DNA of 45,075 bases, filler included, from Catajapyx aquilonaris (Eukaryota): the NCBI GenBank assembly GCA_000934665.2. It is 2 parts of 2 records of this genome, joined end to end, with 100 filler letters (N's around TTAATTAATTAA, not from the genome) between each part and the next. Parts side by side here need not be neighbours in the genome. Positions count along the whole stretch, not along the records: positions 22,585 to 45,075 come from JYFJ02005889.1; 1 more part is not named here. The stretch is one strand, 5' to 3'. Below, piece by piece: positions 37,001-45,075 of this stretch. Within the stretch, counting starts at the first letter, position 1; each line of letters starts with the position of its first letter. The position numbers were made by a program, and so were the translations under genes. The notes under the pieces were generated by a model. It was not told where the DNA came from. It worked only from the letters and a program-made list of their open reading frames with translations, and ran no database searches.

Positions 37001-40000
37001 CAATAAGTTCTGAGCCTGATGTTGAAAGACACGTTTGATGGTCAAAATTTTATTAAGACTTTTCGACGTAGTCACCTTGAACCAGGATGCATTTGTCCCA
37101 CCGGTGCTCCAGCCTCTGTATTCCGTGTAAAACAAAATCTTCCTCGACCCCACCCATCCACTCATACATTGCACTTATCACCTCATTGTCACTGGAGAAG
37201 TGCGTCCCACGGAGGTTTCAGGAGAATAATGAAGGAGCCAGGTCTCATCTTGTGTTACGTAACGAGCCAAAAAGTGTCCCGGTCCCTCCGATACTCCTCC
37301 AATGGTGCCTGTGAATGTGTCACACGGATCCGCTTCTGATCAGGCGTCAAGTCGCGGGTTACCCATCTGGGCGACTGCTTGTGCATCCCCAATATGTCCG
37401 TTAGGATTGAATTCACAGTACCTCGCGAGATGGCCATCGCCGTGGCTATCTCCCTGAGGTGAGTCGGCCGTCTGCCATGACCATGTCATGGATGCGGTTG
37501 ACGTTCTCCGCAGTGGTTGCCGTTGCTGGGCGGCCCGAGCGGGGGTCATCTTCCAAACTCTCCCGACCCATCTTGAAATCCCGTGCCCATCTTTTGACAG
37601 TGGCATATGAAGGAGCTTCGTCAAACAGTATTTCCCTCATGTCCTCGTGAATCTTCTTAGGGGTCATCCCCTTTTTCTGAAAGTATTTGATCACCGCTCG
37701 CAGCTCGATTTTGTCAATGTCGGAGACTAATCCGCACTTTCACGCCTGCCATTGCCAGTATCTCCTGATAGAATGATGCAATCGGGGTGAAGTTTGGGGG
37801 TTGTTGCTCTAATGAGTGTCACTACCTTCAGGTGGAAGGACATCATTATCAGCCCACGCCATCTACCTTAGGCTCAGAACTTATTGGACGACCCTCGTAC
37901 GTATGTATACTCAGTTGTTACATTGCCCATCAAATGGGGAGGTCTCACTGCAAATAACATCATAGAACAGTGTTCGGCCACTTTCGATGCTGATCATACC
38001 TTCTTTAATCCGAGCAGAGGCCAGCTTTATATCATAATTAGCATCCTTTAAGATGACCAGTGTGAGGGCCAGGGCATCTGTCGGGGCGTTAAACATGCTT
38101 CGGAGAGCTAGGAGCGCCGCTTTCATGTTTTCTAATTTGGCTGTAATGAAGTATGAAAACAAATTATCCATCAGAATGTTCCAGCAATTAAGCGTGGTAC
38201 TGTACTGTACCCAGGGAGTGCACAACAGGCACACTTTCTTTCAGATGAATTTCCTTCTTGTCCTTGAAAATTTACAAAATGTAATTGCCAAACTTAATCT
38301 TGGAAATTTCGACTCCATTACGGAGATTATAATTATATTGCGTAGTTTGAGTGTTTGGTGGGTGGCATAACAGGCAGGATATTATTCATTTGTATGAAGA
38401 AAGCAAAATGAGCACGTGATTATTAATGGAATCAAAATCGCCAAAATCAATATAGCGTAATTTATTTTTGAAATTGCAAGTAACACATTGGGTTCCTATA
38501 GCCTCTGCACCGATCTGTTTGGGCAGTAGTGACGTCAGAGGGCAATACGATGCCGTATAATAATTATTATGATCTTAGATCGATCATAACACAAAAACTA
38601 AGATGTATTTCTTCAAACAAAAAACACCAAAATTCATTTTAAAATAACGAGGATTATTTTACATGGGTTTTCAAAATCTAGGTTAGGACCCCATTGCGAG
38701 CGAAAGTGCGTTCATTTTTCATGACCCTGAGTGTGTAGAGGCACTTGATGTAATAGAGTAGGCTTATTCCAACTTGATATCTTAGACCAGTGGTTCCCAC
38801 ACTTTTTGTCCGATGGAGCCCATTTCTTAGAAAAATTTGACAGCGGAGCCCCTAACATCTCCTGAGGTAATTGCAAATAAATTGATCACCTAGTCATACT
38901 TTTTTGTGTTACCTCCTGAGCCATTGGAACAGGTTTCTCGAAGAACTCTCTCAGACATCATAGGTGCTCGTGAATGTCACCCAGCAACACCACTTCTGGT
39001 GCATCCGATGATGTTCTTCTTGTATTTCTTTCATAAGTGGAAAACACCGCCACCCCTCAACATATTCGGCCCAGAACCGTAGTTTTCTTCTACATGAGCG
39101 CATTCTGTCGCTTCAGCATCAAAATTTTTTATTCTCCTGGCAAAAATATCTGATAAATACGAGCGTTTGCAGAGCCATCCTTCATTAGCCAAAAAGTTTC
39201 CCAAATGAAAGTTGTGATCCATTTGAAATGATCATGCTTCATTCTGTAACTGCATCACACAATCATGCAAATGCGTGTAAATGCTTTCTTCGAGACAGCC
39301 ACCTCATCACTTCTGTGTGAAGAAGCAAAGAACGGTCATTGAGCAAAAGAACCGAGAATTTCGTGGAATTCTCACTTTAAAATGGTCAGATCGCGAAATG
39401 CTCATTTTCAAACCATCCATTTCGCGAAATGCTCTTTTTAAGCGGCCAGAACGCTTTTCTTGACTACACAAAAATGTCAGGACGCGAAATTAGTGTCGTG
39501 GCTGGTTCAAAAAAAGCCCATAACGCGATGTGGCAGTTTCCTGCTTCCTACTACGGACTACGCCAAGTAGATGCTGAAATTAAATCACACTATTGTTGTT
39601 ATCTACATGGCGTAGTGGGAAACAAGAAACTGCCACAGCACGTTATGGGCTTTTTCTAAACCAGCCACGACACTTTCACGTCCTGGCATTTTTATGTAGT
39701 TCAGAAAAGCGCTCTGGTCTTTTTAACATGAGTAGGCCTATTTCTGGGTCTGCTCGTTTGAAAACGAGAATTCCGCGAAATGCTCGTTTTCTTCGCTCAA
39801 TGGCCATTTTCGGGGTTTGAGCCTAACACATTACATTGATCCAGTTGTACCATGAAATGCCACCAGCAATGAAAAATTCGTCCGATAATAGGCGCTGTTG
39901 TGTTCAAGGCCAGCGGGTGGACAAGTGAACTATAGCTACTATGTATATTGCAAAAGTGTCATGTTATTCTCAAGCTTCCGCGGAGCCCTTTGCGGAGCTT

Positions 40001-41118
40001 CGCGGAGCCCCAAGGACAGTTTGGGAACCACTGCCTCAAGTTTCAACCATGCTTTAAGTCAAATACGAGTATGTTGAAATGTACTGTAGTAGGCCTACCT
40101 GAAGTAATATAATGCACAATATATTATGTGATCAGGTGAAAGGATTCATTTAAAAAAGACTTGCCTTAACTTGTGTTCTGAACACCGGGTAATAATTACC
40201 ATAATTGTTAGATGCAAAATGTGTTGGAGAGACACTTCCTGGACTGCTGAGTAGGTTGCCTTGCATTGCATGAAGAGGGAGAGGGGGGGGGGGAATCTTA
40301 CGCCGAAGTTCATCTGGTACTGGTAGAGGAGAAGGAAGTGGTGGTAGGGTCAAGGGCGAAGTCAAAGGTACGGTGTCAGCTGAGGAAGAAGTGGAGGACG
40401 GAGATAGTCGAGGGACTGCTGACAATGCTGGTGATGCAGTTAGCTGAATCGGCTCCACTGATGTAGATGTGGACAAAATAGATGTGGGGGTAGCTGGTAG
40501 GGAAACGGACTGAAGATCCGTAGGATGGGACATAGGGTTGATGGGCAGAATGGCATGATTAGATACCTCCTCCACCGACAGTTCTCCATTTTCGCAACCA
40601 TATGTCACACGAACCTCATCTTGCGCCTGAAATCACAGAGATAACAGCGTTGAAATACGTGCTGATACACAGACTACCATTTCAACTTGGCAGCCGATGT
40701 TAGGGTACATGTCTACAATCTCATCATGAACTTATGAAGTGACAAGTGAGCAATGAGCCATATCATATACCTGAGCTCGTCGCATGGCCACCTGCAGCGC
40801 CATGACCCTCTGCCTCTCGGCTGTCAAGCGGCATTTATTGCACATGCAGTCTCGGTACCTGCAGTACCGCTTGTGCCCTTTGATAGGAATGAACATCTTG
40901 TGATTGCTGCAGCGGGCACATTTTGGAGTGCGGCTATTGTTGCGAATAGGCCCTTCTGATTCATTTTCCATTTCGTCCCTGGGAGAGTTCTGTTGGCTCC
41001 TGCTGTCGTTACTCTGACACTGGGGTAGCTGACGATGCAGTTGTTGTTCCTGTTCGTGAGGTGAAGTTGCTGGTACCCTAATGGCTGTTTGGTTGGTTTC
41101 TTTTTCGACGCCTGTCAT
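34042..41118 (-). CDS. dsx: doublesex (DM-domain transcription factor), male-type isoform ~414 aa
   Basis: Exons (minus): 41118-40771 (DM domain [11 protein letters not shown]...[37 protein letters not shown]), 40626-40200 (AQDE plus Pro/Ser linker), 38140-38000 (OD2: [22 protein letters not shown]), 34370-34042 ([12 protein letters not shown]..., Tyr/Pro-rich tail). 1245 nt in frame. The acceptor of the DM exon is at 41246, so a further 5' UTR exon lies upstream. Confidence 0.9.
34481..34560 (-). CDS. dsx: Candidate female-type alternative dsx exon (coding part; donor at 34450)
   Basis: Phase-1 acceptors at 34560 or 34551 give (VSS)[33 protein letters not shown] donor at 34450 leaves a 79-nt intron to the male-type exon. 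Confidence 0.5.
34945..35240 (+). pseudogene. Tc4/Tc5-like transposase C-terminal remnant
   Basis: [22 protein letters not shown]...F..P and a Cys/His tail [14 protein letters not shown]...HMCK*, recalling the Tc5 C-terminal domain. Confidence 0.6.
35647..36827 (+). mobile_element. Internally deleted Sola1-like DNA transposon with transposase C-terminal half
   Basis: 32-bp TIR GAATGACCCAAAAT(A/G)GAAAGGGCATAAGTCCA and 4-bp TSD AACT. Frameshifted coding remnant [18 protein letters not shown] followed by ORF 35978-36337 ([20 protein letters not shown]). Confidence 0.8.
36990..37897 (-). mobile_element. Mariner element (irritans-like), internally deleted and frameshifted
   Basis: TA TSD and perfect 28-bp TIR CGAGGGTCGTCCAATAAGTTCTGAGCCT. 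Encodes RAVIKYF...[16 protein letters not shown] and a C-terminal GDYVEK, but the catalytic middle is missing. Confidence 0.93.
38788..40033 (-). mobile_element. hAT (Charlie/Buster-like) element relic in a dsx intron
   Basis: TIR CAGTGGTTCCCA / TGGGAACCACTG, GCGGAGCCC subterminal repeats, and a remnant [12 protein letters not shown] resembling Buster WLxxLAYLxDIF. The 8-bp TSD is not preserved. Confidence 0.75.
39330..39812. repeat. ~480-bp foldback palindrome nested in the hAT relic
   Basis: Arms such as AGTGTCGTGGCTGGTT..AAAAGCCCATAACG pair with CGTTATGGGCTTTTT..AACCAGCCACGACACT; centre ~39585. Confidence 0.8.
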
Positions 41119-41278
41119 ATCTGCCACTAGTTGTTGGAGTCATAAGATATTTTTATCACTTCATGTACGGTAACCTTTGTGCGTGATTTTAAAAATTCTG
41201 CGTGCTCCTGTAGACCACAGCGTTTCGTCACTCTTCGATGTTCAATCTGAAAAAAATTCAGAATTGTACGTAATAAAT

Positions 41279-41563
41279 TATTAAATTAATAATAATAAAT
41301 AATTCATACCCCGTTATCAGCCATCGGCTCTTTAGGGGGGAAGTTTGTTTTACCTGGAACTCTTTGCTTTCATTTTACTGTGCTCTTTGGGATAGGATAG
41401 GGACGGAAGGAATCGGCTGTGGCCTATTAATTACGGAAACAACTCCGGAATTTTCCTGGAAGGACCGTGGGAAGCCACAGAGTTGCCGGCCCCGGGATTC
41501 GAACCCAGGACCTCTCGATTAACAGTCGGACGCCTTATCCACTATTATGCCAACCTGCTTCGG
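41279..41563 (-). mobile_element. tRNA-derived SINE family B, copy 2
   Basis: B box GGTTCGAATCCC, tRNA-Asn-like CGACTGTTAATCG, 14-bp TSD TGTACGTAATAAAT (41265-41278 / 41564-41577). Confidence 0.88.
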
Positions 41564-42019
41564 TGTACGTAATAAATGTGTGAATCTCCCTCCAGAAGGT
41601 GACGACACCATAAGAGGGTCGTCCGGAAAGTAACTTCAGTTTTTTATTATAAGTAAATAACAATGCATCCCTAGAATGTTTATCACTAACAGCGAGAGTT
41701 GGTTGCAGATGGTGACTGATGATGCTCATGGATTGGGGGAATGACGGTGGATGATGATGTCAGCGTTGAAATTGTATTACATGTTGCAGTTATTGGATGA
41801 AATTGTTACATTTTGCAGTTATTTGTATAGTGTAATATTATGAATAAATGGGGAAAGGAGGGGCTGTAGGGCCAAATTGGCTAGCCATCCTGGAATTTCC
41901 ATTATTATTGTATACACATCTGAAAGCATCAATATATTGTCTACTTTTTCAGCATAGTTTCCAGTCAAATTGAAGCATTTGTCATAGAGTTACATAAGAT
42001 TTTATATGCCTATGTCATA

Positions 42020-42245
42020 GGGGATGACAGGAGGGGATGTGCAAGTGCAGTGCAATGCTGTACGAGGTCATTTTGTGAACTCCCCCGGGTGGATTTGTCT
42101 GTAGGATATTCCACCCAGAAACGAAGCCAGAGACGACGCGACGCACGATGCACGAGATGAAGGGGGTGTCCCCGGGCTGGATTGATCCCGGGACCTTAAC
42201 ATCCGTAGGCGCACACGTTACCGCGGCGCCACTCCGTCTCCCCCC
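42020..42245 (-). mobile_element. Degenerate tRNA-SINE related to family A
   Basis: GGGGAGACGGAGTGGCGCCGCGGTAACG head and CATTGCA..GCACTTGCAC body, similar to family A. Confidence 0.55.
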
Positions 42246-43353
42246 ATGACTTTATATAGGGACAAGTTTCTCTGGAAACCGGAGACACCGAGCGGTGTAT
42301 GCGGGAAAGCTTTAAGATCGGGAGCGTTATATCGAGGTTTTACTGTATAATTATATTTTTATAAGATACTTCATGGGGGGGGGGGGGGATATCCTATAAC
42401 AGAGGTTTCCTATATCCAAATGCACAGGCCATAAAATATGGAAGTATGGCGGGACCATCAGCCTTTCAAGTTGCCTGTAACCGAGGGATGCTTAGCAGAG
42501 GCTCTGATATCCGGTGTGACGGTGTCGACTGTTTTGTATTTATTCTTGTGAAACGGGTATTGTAATACTTGCTTCTCACGTAAAAAAAACTGCACTGGAT
42601 CTTCATCAATTACGTAATCACTGCCATCTTTTTGCTACATGCATTTTTGTAAACGAAGGTCAGACAGTGGAGACAGCGTGCGCAATACATGCTTGCTAAA
42701 ATAGTAGCGACCTTGAGTAACGCAAGGAAATCGTATTTGCACTTGAACAAAGTTAGATTGTGTCCGGAAGCAATGAAGATTATTGCGCTACTGTGTATGT
42801 TATCTGTGATACTGTGGTACTGTGATACTGTAAATACATTTTGGTATTTTGAAGCCACATTGAAGTAGTATAAAATATTGTTCGACATACTTGACCTAAT
42901 ATTTTTCGAACCGAATTAACAAAATATCAAGGTAATAGCACACTCTGTATGGCGTGTTTCGTAAGTTAGCTCACATCTTTATATAGGTAAAAATTTCGCA
43001 TAGGCCCTACCATAAATTCAATTCGCTCCTATTGCCTAACCTTCCATTTTGGCAGTGAGTTCCACACATCATTCATTCGTTCGTTCGTTCATTACATCAC
43101 GGCATGAATCCGGTAATGGGGTAGCCAGCGATAACCAATGGATAGCCTAGTGGACACTATCTTCCCCTTTCTTGCCACCTCACCCACCCAATTTCCCGCC
43201 ACATTCAAAACCAGACAGTGAATCCTGCCCACACTATCTCTCTCATGAAGATTCAATTTTTGTTTTAATTATTTTCCATCGTGTTTTTCAGCCAACTCCT
43301 ATGTGTAATATACCCTAGTGAGGAGTGCGATGAACACAAATATGGTGCTCTAA

Positions 43354-43853
43354 AGGTGCATTCACATATCCGCGATTGCGACTGCGACCAAGACCCCGTG
43401 CCCGAGCGACGTCGCGGGCATGGTGTCGCAATTTCCGAAACAAATTTGCAACCGGCCATCTGATGTGGTCAGAGGCCAACCCCATGGACGTTTGTAATTG
43501 TAAAATAATTTAACTTTTTAATTAATGGAGTCATATCAAAGATGGCGGTTCAATGACCCAACCGGACCCAACTGCAGAGCCCAAGCCGGCCCATGCAAGG
43601 CCTGGCATACTACATGAGTTCTATTGGCCAAAATGGCCTACACGTGACCTACACGTGACTTTTGTCGCCAGCGACCGTGTGTCTGCCGTCGCAGGTATCT
43701 GGATCTAGCAGATCCTGGCGACGGGCACCATAACGGTCGCTGGACGGGAACTCCGTGGGAGCACCGCGTCGTGGATACGTGAACGCTCCGGCGACAGCGA
43801 CGGGGCACCGAATCGGTCGCTGGGCACGAGATCGCGGATATGTGAATGCACCT
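43354..43853. mobile_element. PIF/Harbinger-type non-autonomous element (GC-rich, 500 bp)
   Basis: TAA TSD and perfect 23-bp TIR AGGTGCATTCACATATCCGCGAT. Confidence 0.88.
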
Positions 43854-44168
43854 TAATAGTGTGGCATGAGTAGAGGCCCAACATACAGACTGGGTGGCGT
43901 GTTGGTGTGGTGGCTGGCTAACATCACAACCTTCCATCTCTGAGGTACTGCTTTGCAGGGTCGGCAATCCCGTGGGGGACGCTTATGGTATCGTCCCCCA
44001 CAAATATTTTCAAAATTATGCGAATTTATTGAGTTTCTTCATAAAACTATGCTTCTGTGAATCTGGAATTGAATAAGCACAATAGCGACATTGTGATATG
44101 TGATGTAAAAAAACTATGGAAGGCAGGAAATTGAGTTTTGTCAATATATTATGTTAATGTATTTCTAT

Positions 44169-44594
44169 TAGTAAAACTTCTATAAGTCGAATCTCCATGG
44201 GACAGGAAAAACAACTTCGAGTTATAGAAGATTCGAGTTAGAGAAGTTAGGATTTTTTAAAGCACAGAACTCTATAAGGAAGCCTACCTTCATATCCAGA
44301 GACGGAAGGTGTTCAAAACTTAAAAATAACTGTCACTATCACACTTACAATGTTCCTCGTTGTTTTGGTAAGGTATTTAAAAAAACTCCGTTATGGACAT
44401 TTGCCTACTCTTAGATTCAAGGATTCAATTGTCACAATCGAGTCAAACACTTTTCCCATCGTAAGGCCCTGCCTGCACTTCGAGTTATAGAAATTCGAGT
44501 TAGGGAAGTTTATTTCCTATTCTTTTACATTGTGACCAACCAAGCTCATCATTTTCTTCGACTTAGGGAAGTTCGACTTATAGAAGTTTTACTG
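44169..44594. mobile_element. Tc1/pogo-type MITE, copy 2 (internal deletion relative to 5216-5811)
   Basis: Same TIR AGTAAAACTTCTATAAGT and colinear internal sequence. Confidence 0.85.
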
Positions 44595-45075
44595 ATGTCA
44601 ATTAGCCTCCTGCTTGCAGGTCGGTCGGTCGGTTTCCCCATTCCAGGAAGAAGGGCCAGGGTCCCTCTGTTGGGGAGGGGGGGAGGAAGGAGGGGTCGCT
44701 CTTGTGAAAGAAAAACCTATTTTTTATTATTTGGGTGCCAATTGAAGATTTGTGCAGTCATAAAATAGCCGACAAATCTGTTATATCCGGATTCAACTGT
44801 ACTTGTACTGTACATTGGCACTGAAATATGAAGGGACCGACCTTTCTACAGTACTTGCTTATATCCGATGTGCTTACTACAGAGGTCTCAAACATGCGGC
44901 CCCACGGTCCTATCTTATGTTGTTGATCAAATGTTACCAACATGTTTGGCAATTTGACGATGGACAATGAACAAATATCTTTACTTCATGTCTTTATTTA
45001 TGGCTCTGCAGTCTGCCATGGGTTCAGTGGGGAAGTCTGGGAAAATCATTTCTTCTGAAAGTGTCAGGTGTAGTG

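Noticed and set aside
43360..43990. CpG-rich region as the dsx promoter or first exon
   Set aside because: Most of it lies within a TIR/TSD-bounded Harbinger-type element; no convincing donor site was identified.

Overview
Eukaryotic, intron-rich, transposon-dense genomic DNA, most likely from an insect (the dsx C-terminus resembles non-holometabolous forms as I recall them). Three spliced protein-coding genes can be reconstructed by hand with phase-consistent GT-AG junctions. (1) The 3' 11 exons of IFT54/TRAF3IP1 on + (661-9493; the 5' end lies outside the window). (2) A complete 9-exon Cys-loop ligand-gated chloride channel subunit of the pHCl-2/hodor-like (CG11340/CG6927/CG7589) group on - (15249-20223, about 497 aa). 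(3) doublesex on - (34042-41118), with a DM domain, an OD2/dimerisation exon, a male-type terminal exon and a candidate stop-containing female-type exon just upstream of it. Introns and intergenic DNA carry many DNA transposons and MITEs (piggyBac-, mariner/Tc1-, Tc5-, Sola-, hAT-, Harbinger- and CMC-like) and tRNA-derived SINEs, several of them nested. An artificial 100-bp gap linker at 22485-22584 means left-right adjacency is unproven. The most noteworthy observations are the putative sex-specific splicing layout of dsx, a tRNA-like cloverleaf 13 nt after the channel stop codon, and recurrent TA>TAGGCCTA micro-insertions that look like excision footprints. No prokaryotic-type system (CRISPR etc.) is present. 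All family assignments come from motif recall, not database searches.
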